Virus record (IMG/VR): IMGVR_UViG_3300022188_000226
Location: 32,001-96,000 of that record
Length of the DNA: 64,000 bases
Reading direction: 5' to 3' (one strand)
Source: a virus
A model generated the notes under the pieces. That model ran no database searches. It worked only from the letters and a program-made list of their open reading frames with translations, and was not told the DNA's origin. A program made the position numbers and the translations under genes. Every line of letters begins with the position of its first letter. Positions within the stretch are counted from its first letter, which is position 1. Shown here in pieces: positions 20,800 to 30,218 of the stretch.

Positions 20800-21405
20800 A
20801 TGGAAAATGACTTAAAAGAACAAATTCGTAAAGCATTAACTCTACAAGACCAAACTACTATTTTTTATAGTGGGGTTGAACACGATTTAGAAGAAGCTTG
20901 TGCTGCTTTTTTAAAGTTTAAGGGATATAGGGTTATAAATCCTACGGATTATAAGTATAACATTCGTAATATAACTGATCTTGCTAGCTTTTTCTACGCT
21001 ATGCTAGATTCTAGGCACCCTGAGTACATAAATGTGTACAGAAATTTGGGCCGTGACAGAAAAATAGCTTCTTTATTCGTTAGAAACAGAATGGAAACCA
21101 CAGGTAACAGTAAAGAAATAGCTCTTAAAGAGTGTGCTGCTATCATCGATACTGTTTTCAAATACGAAAAGAAATTTAAGTTTAGAACTGACATATATTT
21201 TGGTATGTTCGGACAAGCTAATCTTAGTTGGGTTACAAGAAGGGCTGTTGAGTTAATGAACAAGAAGATGGATGACGCACGTAGAGAAAGAAGTCGAAAA
21301 GACGTAGAACGTATTGAGCATGAACAACAAGCAGAATATGATTTAGGGTTTAATAACATTGATTCTATTCTTGAACGTATAGAGGGGGAGGAGAATGGCG
21401 AATAA
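20800..21405 (+). CDS. Hypothetical protein
   Basis: GAGG RBS before ATG at 20800; lies in the operon. Confidence 0.6.
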   Translation: MENDLKEQIRKALTLQDQTTIFYSGVEHDLEEACAAFLKFKGYRVINPTDYKYNIRNITDLASFFYAMLDSRHPEYINVYRNLGRDRKIASLFVRNRMETTGNSKEIALKECAAIIDTVFKYEKKFKFRTDIYFGMFGQANLSWVTRRAVELMNKKMDDARRERSRKDVERIEHEQQAEYDLGFNNIDSILERIEGEENGE

Positions 21406-22510
21406 GAAACAGAGTAAGTCTGTCAAAGGAGATGTCAAAAAAGAAAGCAAGAAAGATGTCAAGGAAGATTCAGCAGAAGCTGCGTTTGAACTTGCTAAAA
21501 AAGCAGTGGAAAAGAAATACGGTGAGGTAGTTTCTACTTTGGCAGAACATGGAGACATGGATATTCCTACTGTCAGTACAGGGTGTCTTAGTCTTGATCT
21601 CGCTCTTGGTTGCGGAGGTATGGGATTAGGTAGGGTTTATGAAATTTATGGGCCAAGTAGTAGTGGTAAGAGTACATTAGGTGTAAATGTCGTGATTCAG
21701 GCCCAGAGAAGAGGTATGCGGTGTTGTTATGTCGACGCTGAACATGCTGTGGACCCGAAACTATTTCGTGCCTATGGAGTTGATACTAAGAATTTACAAT
21801 TAGTGCAGGGTTATGATGGTGAGGAAAACCTTGATATCTTGGAGAGATTTATTAAGACTGACGCGTTTAGTGTAGCTGTTGTCGACAGTGTCAGTGCTCT
21901 TATACCACGCGTTGAAGCAGAATCAGATATTGATAAAGATCAGGTTGCTTTACAAGCCAGACTTATGAGTAAAGCTTTACGTAAAATTACTCCTATTGCA
22001 AACCAAACTCAGACATTACTTATATTTATTAATCAGCTTAGGATGAAGATTGGGGCTTATGGTAATCCAGAAACTACAACTGGTGGGGAGGCTCTGGCGT
22101 TTTACTCTACAGGTAGGATTTCTGTACGTGGTCCAGAGGCTAAGAGTAGGCGACTTATTGATGATGTAACTGGTGAGGTATTTGGACATAGGGCAGAATT
22201 CGAGATTGTTAAGAATAAATTGGCTGCACCTTTCAAAAAATCAGCGGTGAAGCTTATTTATGGTGAAGGTTATGACGCTGCTTGGGAAGTACTTGATATA
22301 GCAACAGGGCTTGGTATTATTGATAAAAAGGGTGCTTGGTATAAATACGAAGGGGAGAACGTTGCACAGGGTGAGACAAATGCAGTAGTTTTTTTAAAAG
22401 ACCCAGATAATGCTAAGGTATATAAAGTTATTAGGGATAATGTGATTAATCAAATTGGTTTAAAGGATGTCTATGAGCGTCATGGCCACAAAGGTCCACT
22501 CTATTCTTAA
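21395..22510 (+). CDS. recA: RecA recombinase
   Basis: STGCLSLDLALG, GPSSSGKST, DAEHA, VVDSVSAL, QARLMSKALRK, FINQLR, TTGGEAL. Confidence 0.97.
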   Translation: MANKKQSKSVKGDVKKESKKDVKEDSAEAAFELAKKAVEKKYGEVVSTLAEHGDMDIPTVSTGCLSLDLALGCGGMGLGRVYEIYGPSSSGKSTLGVNVVIQAQRRGMRCCYVDAEHAVDPKLFRAYGVDTKNLQLVQGYDGEENLDILERFIKTDAFSVAVVDSVSALIPRVEAESDIDKDQVALQARLMSKALRKITPIANQTQTLLIFINQLRMKIGAYGNPETTTGGEALAFYSTGRISVRGPEAKSRRLIDDVTGEVFGHRAEFEIVKNKLAAPFKKSAVKLIYGEGYDAAWEVLDIATGLGIIDKKGAWYKYEGENVAQGETNAVVFLKDPDNAKVYKVIRDNVINQIGLKDVYERHGHKGPLYS

Positions 22511-22835
22511 CAATATGTTTCCGGCAAACCCGCATAAGAGGGTGTTCCTTGAACATTATGTTAAGTATAAGGGAAGTCGTCTGTTCTTTGACTTTTATAT
22601 AAAAGAGTTGAGTGTGTTTATAGAAGTACAGGGAAGACAACATGTGCAATTTGTGAAGCATTTTCATGGGACTATTGACTCTTTTTATAAACAAAAGATA
22701 AGAGACAATTTTAAGATAGAATATGTACAAGAGCACAACCAGTGCCTTGTTAGAATATATGATACAGAAGAAGTTACAGAAGAATTAGTACGTGAAAAAA
22801 TAACTAAAGCTATGGAGATGTGTTTTTATGAGTGA
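22467..22835 (+). CDS. Small PD-(D/E)XK (DUF559/Vsr-like) endonuclease
   Basis: 'LFFDFYI...IEVQGRQH...Q..RD..K' motif. Confidence 0.7.
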   Translation: MSMSVMATKVHSILNNMFPANPHKRVFLEHYVKYKGSRLFFDFYIKELSVFIEVQGRQHVQFVKHFHGTIDSFYKQKIRDNFKIEYVQEHNQCLVRIYDTEEVTEELVREKITKAMEMCFYE

Positions 22836-23148
22836 ACTTCTTATAAGTATACCTAAAGAAGAACGTGAGGATGGTAGAACTCCTGACTCTATTAAGTATA
22901 AAAAAGATTGTCCAGATTTTGTTTGTTTGGAGGATGGTACTATTACAAAAGAATATAAGTATTGTAATTTAAGTTTACAGTGTCGTCAAGTTGATATTGT
23001 AAAAAACTGTGAGACGTTTCCTATGGAAGCTAATTATTTACCAGTTTATGATGCTGATGGACGTCTTCGTTCTCACGAGTTATTTTGTACGGGAATGCAT
23101 GATATTCGTTCTTATGTGGAAAGACTTGAAGACGACAAAGTGTCTTAG
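22828..23148 (+). CDS. Hypothetical protein
   Basis: Overlap-coupled ORF containing several Cys. Confidence 0.55.
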   Translation: MSELLISIPKEEREDGRTPDSIKYKKDCPDFVCLEDGTITKEYKYCNLSLQCRQVDIVKNCETFPMEANYLPVYDADGRLRSHELFCTGMHDIRSYVERLEDDKVS

Positions 23149-23156
23149 GAGATTAT

Positions 23157-23621
23157 ATGAATCCTGATGTGTTATCATTTCAGAATATAAAAATCAATCA
23201 TGATCTATTGAATGAGGTTTGGAAGTTTGACCCACGAACCTTAGATACTTTAAAGGGAGCGAAACTAAGTTCATACGCTATGGCTTTGGCTCAATATCTT
23301 ATTTACTTTACATATCAATGTAATCTATCTAAGGCAGAAATACATAGGCTGAACACGTTTATAGAGAGAACTATTTCTTTAACGTTATCTGCTGACCCGT
23401 CATTATTGAAAGAATATAAAACAAAGAAGGCAGCTGCCGAATATCTAGTGTCTATTGATATGAAACTAATGGAGGCTCAAAGCAAGCTAGAGGCCCTAAA
23501 AAAGGAGATAATGCAAACAGAGGGTATGGATAAGGTAATAAGTGAGTTAATAGCCACAATCAAGCGTGAGCTCACTAGAAGGGAAAATGAATTGTATCAA
23601 GTAAGGATGGAGCGTAGATAA
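23157..23621 (+). CDS. Coiled-coil protein, possibly a UvsY-like recombination mediator
   Basis: Helical, AGGAG RBS, lies between recA and dnaB. Function is an inference. Confidence 0.4.
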   Translation: MNPDVLSFQNIKINHDLLNEVWKFDPRTLDTLKGAKLSSYAMALAQYLIYFTYQCNLSKAEIHRLNTFIERTISLTLSADPSLLKEYKTKKAAAEYLVSIDMKLMEAQSKLEALKKEIMQTEGMDKVISELIATIKRELTRRENELYQVRMERR

Positions 23622-25039
23622 TGGATCAAGATATTAAAATGCGAGAGTTGTTTTGTAGGCCAGCGGATGAGAGAGCCCTGCTTGCTTATTGTATGCACGA
23701 TCTAACGAGTTATTTTGCAGTTTGTGCTAGGCTTGATGCTAATGATTTTTTGTATAGTCAGCATGAAACTATGATGTTGTTACTTCATTCATTGTCAACT
23801 AAAGGATCGGAAAAATTCGATACTCATTTGATAATGTCAGAGGCGTCTGCACAGGGTATATTAGAAGATATTGGAGGAGCTAAGTATGTTCAAACTATAT
23901 CTAATATGAATGTATCGGCACAGAATTTTGAAATACATTTGAATGCTGTAGTTGAGGCGACTACTAAATATAAATTATACAGGTTGTTAAGTGAGCAAAC
24001 GGTTAATCTAGGAGATAATGCTAAAGATGGGTTATCAAGTGCAGATTTACTAAGCTCTGTGGAAGCTGAGATTATGGATTTGTCAATGAGTGGATTTAAT
24101 ATAGATGAACCTATTAATTTGGCAGAAGGTTTGGATGAGTTTCTTGACAAACTTAAAGATAATAAGATAGATTTAAGTGGGTTGTCGACTGGTTACCCAG
24201 TTCTTGATAAACAGATAGATGGTATGATAGCAGGTACGTTGTTAGTGGTAGCAGCTCGCAAAAAGATGGGAAAGAGTGCTTTGTTAACTAATATAGCTAC
24301 TCATGTAGCATACAATCTAAACACACCAGTACTTTATGTTGATACAGAGCTGTCATTTGCTGAATGGAGGACTAGAGCATTAGCTAATTTGTCGGGTGTT
24401 AAGGAACGTAGCATTAAACATGGTGGTTACGATGATTTTACTTATAACAAACTTAAGAAGTGTTCTAAAATTGTAGGTAATGGTAAGTTGTTTCATGAGT
24501 TTATGCCAGGTTATTCTGTAGATAAATTAGTAGCTCTGTATAAAAAATATAGATATAAAGAGAAAATTGGTTTAATAGTATTTGATTATTTAAAAGAGCC
24601 TGATAGCACATCAATTGATAGGCAGCGTAAGGAGTATCAGGTACTAGGTGATGTTACTACTAAACTTAAGGATTTGGCCGGCCAGTTAGATATACCAGCT
24701 ATTACAGCTGTCCAATTGAACAGAAGTAATGATGTTGCGGATAGTGATAGAATTGCTCGTTATGCTGACGTTGTATGTCATTGGGCACAGCGTGACGACG
24801 AAGAAAGAGATGAGGGTGGGGATGTAAGTGGTACCCATAAACTCATCATTAGAGACACAAGACGTGGTGGTGCTACGAGTGAACACGGTATAGGTTATAT
24901 GTTCTTTAAAGAGACTTTAAATATACGAGAAGTACCAATTGATAGGCAATATTTTACTAATTTCGAACGAATTGTAAATGAAGATAGTGCAGGAGAGCCT
25001 TGTGATTACGAAGGGTATGAAAACGAAAAGTTATCTTAG
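23621..25039 (+). CDS. dnaB: Replicative DNA helicase
   Basis: 'GLSTGYPVLD', Walker A AARKKMGKS, IVFDYL, AVQLNR. Confidence 0.93.
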   Translation: MDQDIKMRELFCRPADERALLAYCMHDLTSYFAVCARLDANDFLYSQHETMMLLLHSLSTKGSEKFDTHLIMSEASAQGILEDIGGAKYVQTISNMNVSAQNFEIHLNAVVEATTKYKLYRLLSEQTVNLGDNAKDGLSSADLLSSVEAEIMDLSMSGFNIDEPINLAEGLDEFLDKLKDNKIDLSGLSTGYPVLDKQIDGMIAGTLLVVAARKKMGKSALLTNIATHVAYNLNTPVLYVDTELSFAEWRTRALANLSGVKERSIKHGGYDDFTYNKLKKCSKIVGNGKLFHEFMPGYSVDKLVALYKKYRYKEKIGLIVFDYLKEPDSTSIDRQRKEYQVLGDVTTKLKDLAGQLDIPAITAVQLNRSNDVADSDRIARYADVVCHWAQRDDEERDEGGDVSGTHKLIIRDTRRGGATSEHGIGYMFFKETLNIREVPIDRQYFTNFERIVNEDSAGEPCDYEGYENEKLS

Positions 25040-26066
25040 ATATAAAGACAAAAAATTAGAGAATCTCAAGGAGAGACTTGATTATCTAAAGCACTCGGTA
25101 GACCCACAATATCTATTAAAAGAGTTAGGGTTTGAGTATACTAGAGAAACTTCTAAAGAGCTACGTAGTAGATGTATTATTCATGGTGGTGATAATAAAA
25201 CTGCGTTTAGATTTAATAAAGATACTCGTACATGGGTGTGCTTTACTCATAAGTGTCATGAAGAGCACGGTAACGATTTGATTGGGCTTATAAGGGCTGT
25301 GACAGGTCGTGATTTTCTACAATCTGTTGAGTTCTTAAAGCAGTTTACTCCAGATCTTGATGATATAGACTACGTAAAAGCTAAAAGAAAGAGAGAGATA
25401 GATGATTTTATTAAGTCTCATGACCAAGTAAATGTAAAACCCAAGGCTGTTAATGAAAGTTCTCTTGAGAGTTTTAGAAGCATGGGAGCTAATTATTTTA
25501 TTGGTCAAGGGTTTAAAAAAGAAACTATGGATTATTTTGAAGTGGGGCATGGTTGGACTGATACACACGGTGTTACTAGAGCAGTAATCCCTATTAGGGA
25601 TGAACGTGGTGAGTTAGTTGCTTACAGTCTCAGGGATATAAGAGAGGGTGTTGATGATGATTTTAAATATATTTTAACTCCAGGATTTAATAAACAAGGT
25701 AATCTTTATAACCTAAATAACGCTCAAGAATACGGCGATAAATTACCTATTATTGTAGTAGAAGGGTTTAAAAGTGTATGGAGATTACATGAATACGGTA
25801 TAAAGAATGTAGTAGCTACAATGGGGGCAGGAATAACTGAAGGACAGCAATTCTTGTTGTGTATGTACGCTATGAAGGGGGCAGTAACACTCTTTGATAA
25901 TGATAGGGCTGGAGTTGAGGGCACTATATCAGCATGTAAAGATCTTTCAGGAAAGCTCGACACACGACCTGTGTTTATTCAAGAAGTAGATGAGAATGGT
26001 AAGGGTTTAGACCCAGCAGATTTAACTAAAGAACAAGTATATGAATACTTGGAAACATATTTTTAA
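24978..26066 (+). CDS. dnaG: DNA primase (zinc-binding + TOPRIM)
   Basis: CIIH...CFTHKC zinc site, VEGF, FDNDRAG, DPAD. True start may be slightly downstream. Confidence 0.9.
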   Translation: MKIVQESLVITKGMKTKSYLRYKDKKLENLKERLDYLKHSVDPQYLLKELGFEYTRETSKELRSRCIIHGGDNKTAFRFNKDTRTWVCFTHKCHEEHGNDLIGLIRAVTGRDFLQSVEFLKQFTPDLDDIDYVKAKRKREIDDFIKSHDQVNVKPKAVNESSLESFRSMGANYFIGQGFKKETMDYFEVGHGWTDTHGVTRAVIPIRDERGELVAYSLRDIREGVDDDFKYILTPGFNKQGNLYNLNNAQEYGDKLPIIVVEGFKSVWRLHEYGIKNVVATMGAGITEGQQFLLCMYAMKGAVTLFDNDRAGVEGTISACKDLSGKLDTRPVFIQEVDENGKGLDPADLTKEQVYEYLETYF

Positions 26067-26078
26067 GGAGGAAGTTTT

Positions 26079-26396
26079 ATGGAAGGTGAAAATTTTGTAA
26101 GTTTAAAAGGTAGCATTCAGTGGCCGGAGCTAAGAACTGTTGGCGAGAACAATACGTCTTTATTTAAGGGTAAACTGGCAATTCCTTTTGGTCAAGATAA
26201 GTCTCAGTATCTTAAAATAGCAGCATGGAACAGTATTGCAGAGGGTTTAGGTGCTCTACCAAAAGATGCTTTTATTCATATTCACGGTCATATAGAAGAA
26301 CGTTCGTATGACGGGAATTGTAAACACTGCAAGGGAGTTGAAAAAAAGTACTGGACTGAAGTTATTGTAGATAATTTTTCTCCACTGGAGGCGTAA
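26079..26396 (+). CDS. ssb: Single-stranded DNA-binding protein (OB fold) with CxxC insert
   Basis: 'N.V.L.G...PELR...IAAW..IAE...I.G.IEERSY...TEVIV'. Confidence 0.75.
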   Translation: MEGENFVSLKGSIQWPELRTVGENNTSLFKGKLAIPFGQDKSQYLKIAAWNSIAEGLGALPKDAFIHIHGHIEERSYDGNCKHCKGVEKKYWTEVIVDNFSPLEA

Positions 26397-26791
26397 TGAC
26401 AGAAAAAGCTAAATTAGAAGAAAAATTTATTAGGGGTACACCACCACCAGTTTTAATGCCAGCAAAGAATTACATCTTTAAGATTACAAACGAGCATTTC
26501 GTGATTGAGTTACCACGTTCTGGTACTTATCACGATATAGCCCCAGAGTTTTTCAATGAAGATGCAGGCTCGTTTAATATATTCGATGAAGAAAGTAAGA
26601 TTTTGTACATGCCGGCAATTACTAAAGTACTGTTTGCGGCAGCTAAGTACCCTGATTTGGAGTTTAATCAGTTTTTTACACCTTATTCGATTAAGATCGA
26701 TAATGATAAGGTACTCATTTCTGGAATGATTATTGATATGGTACTTCCAATAAAAGATGAAGAAAAGACTGAAAAGGAGGTTACTGAATAA
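26396..26791 (+). CDS. Hypothetical protein
   Basis: TAATG-coupled ORF. Confidence 0.55.
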   Translation: MTEKAKLEEKFIRGTPPPVLMPAKNYIFKITNEHFVIELPRSGTYHDIAPEFFNEDAGSFNIFDEESKILYMPAITKVLFAAAKYPDLEFNQFFTPYSIKIDNDKVLISGMIIDMVLPIKDEEKTEKEVTE

Positions 26792-27154
26792 ATGGAATGT
26801 CTTAATTGTCAAGGAACTGATGTTATGACTTTTTTTAATGAGATTATTACTTGTTCTCATTGTAAAGAAGACAACGATGTTTCGTATAATGTATGTCAAA
26901 CTTGTGGTTTGATTTGGAAAGCTGTGAATGATAAACCTATATCAGAGTCTGTTTTCACAGATACTGATCTTGGCGAGGTGTTAGGGGATTCTCTAGATAA
27001 ATTTATGGAGAATATTAGTCATGAAACAGCTTCTACTGGTACTATGAATGAGATAGTTCATAAGTGTTTGCGGTGTGAAACTATAGCGTATGAGGTGGCC
27101 CCACGTCTTTACCGTTGCCCAGAATGCAGGTTCGAGTGGGAGGTTATTACATAG
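26792..27154 (+). CDS. Multi-CxxC zinc-ribbon protein; last codons supplied by an inserted element
   Basis: Five CxxC pairs. The 3' end runs into the element left end at 27144. Confidence 0.6.
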   Translation: MECLNCQGTDVMTFFNEIITCSHCKEDNDVSYNVCQTCGLIWKAVNDKPISESVFTDTDLGEVLGDSLDKFMENISHETASTGTMNEIVHKCLRCETIAYEVAPRLYRCPECRFEWEVIT

Positions 27155-27236
27155 TAATCTTTCATTACTAATTATTAACATATCTTAATGAACAGATTTA
27201 GAGCCGCAATCCTCAGAGGGTTTCCGGGGTTAGGCT

Positions 27237-27265
27237 CTTGACAAGTTAGATTTAATACTTATTAT
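27237..27265 (+). promoter_or_regulatory. Sigma70-type promoter inside the mini-element
   Basis: cTTGACAa-...-TATTAT, preceded by a GC-rich imperfect hairpin (agagcc...ggctct, 27200-27238). Confidence 0.55.
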
Positions 27266-27296
27266 TAAAATAGATATTAAATTTACAGGATAATTT

Positions 27297-27430
27297 ATGA
27301 TAACAAGAGAATTAAAATTACGATTAACGACCAAACAGAAAAATTTACTAAATCAATAGTTATTTAATTTGACTGGAACGTATAACTGGGAATGCAGTGC
27401 TTGTGGGGCACAGCTCGATCGCGATCTTAA
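27297..27430 (+). pseudogene. tnpB: Internally deleted tnpB remnant (TnpB-1 type)
   Basis: MITRELKLRLTTKQKNLLNQ*LFNLTGTYNW joined directly to ECSACGAQLDRDLN. Matches 18553-18646 and 19498-19544. Confidence 0.9.
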
Positions 27431-27538
27431 TGGAGCTAGAAATATCTTCGTAAGATCTTTGGGAGATTCACTTGCACTGAAGAGAATGTTAACTTCCTCA
27501 GTGTGCATTGTTAATAATTGTTAACGAAAAAGAATTGG
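27412..27538 (+). ncRNA. Putative TnpB omegaRNA scaffold, copy A
   Basis: Homologous to the 3' end of IS607 tnpB (43147-43270), with hairpin gcactgaag...cctcagtgtgc. Confidence 0.6.
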
Positions 27539-27545
27539 AAAAATT

Positions 27546-28481
27546 ATGACAGAAAATGATATTAAGAATTTAAAAGAAATAAGAGAATTTTTAGAAAAAA
27601 ACAATATTAAGTATAGTATTGAATTGGACAATTTTTGTTTGTTTTATGATGAGTGGCCAGAAAAAAGAAGATATGAAATAGAGTATGTGCGGGCATTAGA
27701 TTTTCCTATAGAGTATCCAAAATATGATATAGGGGGAGTGAATAAGAATTACTTTTTTAATAAATCTATAGAAGCAGAGGAAAATAACTCGTTTAAGATG
27801 TGGATCAAAGATTTTGAGTGGGATGATGATAGGAAGAGACCTATATTGAAGTCACAAATACTTCATGCTTATGGGATTACACCTTATAAATTCTATGCTC
27901 GTGAGTGTATTGTCAAAGAGGTAGGCACCAAAGAAGGAAGGGAATTCGAGGTTGAGAATTGTTTTTATGGAAAAAGAGGGGCAAGTCTAAGTCTTGGTTT
28001 GTATTTGAAGAAGGATAAAAATGGTTTTAAAAAAGACACACTTCTTATGTTGTATACATTCGGCATGAATTTTTTTGGAAAAAGTAAAAACATGTTAGAA
28101 GTATTGCGAGTAGGTACTTTGAAAAAATCCTATGTTACTGGCGGTGCTTCTAAGTTGCTTAAACATTTTATTAAGAACTATGAAACAATTAAGATTGGTA
28201 AGCGTGATGTTGAAGTTTCTGTTTTAAAATTTTATAGCGATTATGACCATAATTTGGGGTCTAGTATGCAGGGGATAGGGTTTAAATTTCATAATTATTC
28301 CAAGGGGGGTTTTATGAATTATTGGGCCGAGAGTGGGGAAGTGCGGCATAGACAGCCAATGAAGCATAAGTGGGTGATGGCACAAATAGCTGATGGAAAA
28401 TGTAGAAGTATTCCTAATGCAGGAGTTAAGACCTTCTTACTGGATGTTTCAACTTATAAAAAAGAAGTCGGTATAACTTAA
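27546..28481 (+). CDS. Hef-like homing-endonuclease-associated protein with a C-terminal GNAT/Mom-like domain
   Basis: 'YAREC.VKEV...F...N...G...LGLY...R...GGASKLLKHF...YSD' matches the C-terminal half of 38228-39826. Confidence 0.5.
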   Translation: MTENDIKNLKEIREFLEKNNIKYSIELDNFCLFYDEWPEKRRYEIEYVRALDFPIEYPKYDIGGVNKNYFFNKSIEAEENNSFKMWIKDFEWDDDRKRPILKSQILHAYGITPYKFYARECIVKEVGTKEGREFEVENCFYGKRGASLSLGLYLKKDKNGFKKDTLLMLYTFGMNFFGKSKNMLEVLRVGTLKKSYVTGGASKLLKHFIKNYETIKIGKRDVEVSVLKFYSDYDHNLGSSMQGIGFKFHNYSKGGFMNYWAESGEVRHRQPMKHKWVMAQIADGKCRSIPNAGVKTFLLDVSTYKKEVGIT

Positions 28482-28527
28482 AATAATGTCTAAAAAATTA
28501 ACATATTATTTATAGAAAGATCAGAAA

Positions 28528-28578
28528 GTCAATAATCACTATCCTAAAGGAGTAGTAGTTTTACGCCAGTTATATAAA
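28528..28578 (+). mobile_element. Possible degenerate IS200/IS605-type end hairpin
   Basis: gtcaataatcactatcc-taaa-ggagtagtagttttacg: imperfect stem with a TAAA loop, resembling IS605-family ends. Confidence 0.4.
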
Positions 28579-28630
28579 AAGGTTTTTTGTAATTAATAGG
28601 TAAGAAAACCTCAAATATTTTAAATTAACA

Positions 28631-28665
28631 CTTGACAAAAGCTTTTGCATGTATTATATTATAAT
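28631..28665 (+). promoter_or_regulatory. Sigma70-type promoter upstream of the orphan omegaRNA and dnaJ
   Basis: TTGACA at 28632-28637, 17-nt spacer, then TATATT within tgTATTATATTATAAT. Confidence 0.7.
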
Positions 28666-28695
28666 TAATAAACTTTAACAAAGTCTAAAGTTATT

Positions 28696-28825
28696 TAAAG
28701 CTCGATCGTGATCTTAATGGAGCTAGAAATATCTTCGTAAGATCTTTGGGATATTCACCCGCACTGAAGAAAATGTTAACTTCTTCAGCGTGCGTTGTTA
28801 ATGATTGTTAACGAAAAAGGATCGG
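28696..28825 (+). ncRNA. Putative orphan TnpB omegaRNA scaffold / IS607 right end, copy B
   Basis: Near-identical to 43144-43270 and ends in aaaaaggatcGG. No tnpB body or recognisable left end. Confidence 0.65.
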
Positions 28826-28834
28826 TGATTTAAA

Positions 28835-29614
28835 GTGGGGCATTATAAAACGTTGGGTGTTAGTTCTCAAGCTACGCAAGAAGAAATAAAAAAAGCTTAT
28901 CGTAATCTTTCTAAAGAACACCACCCAGATGTTGGTGGTAATGAAGAAATATTTAAGAGTGTGTCTGAGGCTTATTCGACTCTATCAGATGTTGAAAAAC
29001 GTAGACAGTATGATAATCCTAATCCTTTTGATGGTATGTCTGGCGGTATGGGAGGGTTTCCGTTTGGTTTTCAAAGGCCTCGCCAACAGAAGCCTGACCT
29101 AAATGCACCAAAGGACGGACATTTTATAGGCGTAGAAGTGGAGTTACCTCTTAAGCACTATGTTTTTGGTGGTAAATTTAAAATTAATTTAAATTATCAT
29201 GAAGACTGTGCTGATTGTGGGGGTAAGGGTTTCAGTACTGGTACTGAATGTGATGTTTGTAATGGGGAAGGGTATGTACAACAAGTAGAAAGGAGGCCTG
29301 GTTTTATGTCCTCTGCAACACGTCCTTGTCATAAATGTGGGGGGCTGGGTCAAGTTTCTACTAATAAATGTGAGACATGCTCAGGAACTGGAAATCATTC
29401 AGTTATAGATAAAGAATTTATTTTTGATATCCCTAAAGGGTCAGGAATAGGTGCTAAAATAATACTTAGTGGTGTAGGTAGGGTTGGTATAAATGGTGGA
29501 CGGAACGGAGATATTGGTATAATGATAACTAATATAAAACAACCAGTGTTAAATAAACTATCCCCTGATAAAGTAGACATACTAAAAGACTTATTAGAAG
29601 AACTAGACGCTTAA
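28835..29614 (+). CDS. dnaJ: DnaJ co-chaperone, shortened
   Basis: J domain with HPD and four CxxCxGxG repeats. Confidence 0.9.
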   Translation: MGHYKTLGVSSQATQEEIKKAYRNLSKEHHPDVGGNEEIFKSVSEAYSTLSDVEKRRQYDNPNPFDGMSGGMGGFPFGFQRPRQQKPDLNAPKDGHFIGVEVELPLKHYVFGGKFKINLNYHEDCADCGGKGFSTGTECDVCNGEGYVQQVERRPGFMSSATRPCHKCGGLGQVSTNKCETCSGTGNHSVIDKEFIFDIPKGSGIGAKIILSGVGRVGINGGRNGDIGIMITNIKQPVLNKLSPDKVDILKDLLEELDA

Positions 29615-29653
29615 TTAGTCATACGTCTTCTGATAAATAATTTCAGGGGGTAC

Positions 29654-30184
29654 TTGACAATGATACAAAGAGTGCTTAGTTTAGATATAGCAACAACTAC
29701 TGGTTGGGCGTTTAATTTTGTTCAGACGATAGATAAGTTTGAGTATGGGTTGATAAAAACTAATTCTAAACATAGTGAAGGAAGAAGGTTGGCTTATTTT
29801 AGGAAAGAGTTAATAAAGCTTATCTCGAAATTTAACCCAACACATGTTGTTATAGAGGATATTTATTCCGGTATAAATGTAAAAACCATGAAGTTACTGG
29901 CTAAATACGCAGGGGTTGCTCAAGAATGTTGTGCGTCGTTTGCAAACATAGACCCATATATAATTCATACTAGTACAGTAAAGGCTTATTTTAAAGCTAA
30001 AAATAAAAGACAGTTATTTGATTTTGCAATTACTCTTTTAGATTGGGATACAAATGTAATAAGTTTTAAAAAACATAATGATATTGTGGATTCAATTTGT
30101 CAATTAATTTGTTATTGTGATAAAGTATTGGGTGTAAAAAAATGTAGAGAAGAAAAAGATTATGGGTATTTATATAAGTTATAG
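29654..30184 (+). CDS. ruvC: RuvC-like Holliday junction resolvase
   Basis: 'LSLDIATTTGWA', 'VVIED', 'HNDIVDSI'. Confidence 0.75.
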   Translation: MTMIQRVLSLDIATTTGWAFNFVQTIDKFEYGLIKTNSKHSEGRRLAYFRKELIKLISKFNPTHVVIEDIYSGINVKTMKLLAKYAGVAQECCASFANIDPYIIHTSTVKAYFKAKNKRQLFDFAITLLDWDTNVISFKKHNDIVDSICQLICYCDKVLGVKKCREEKDYGYLYKL

Positions 30185-30218
30185 AGAAATTAAAGTTAAC
30201 ATTTATGTGGGGTATTAA

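Larger units (their letters stand above)
27144..27538 (+). mobile_element. Non-autonomous chimeric IS607-type mini-element
   Basis: Left end resembles 41752 onward and right end resembles 43147-43270. Bounded by GG. Interior carries a promoter and fused TnpB-1-like fragments. Confidence 0.8.

Noticed and set aside
28470-28825. A complete mini-IS607 around omegaRNA copy B
   Set aside because: No convincing match to the left-end pattern GG-tta(g/t)tacatagtaa, and trial excisions gave no natural junction, so it is treated as an orphan right end.
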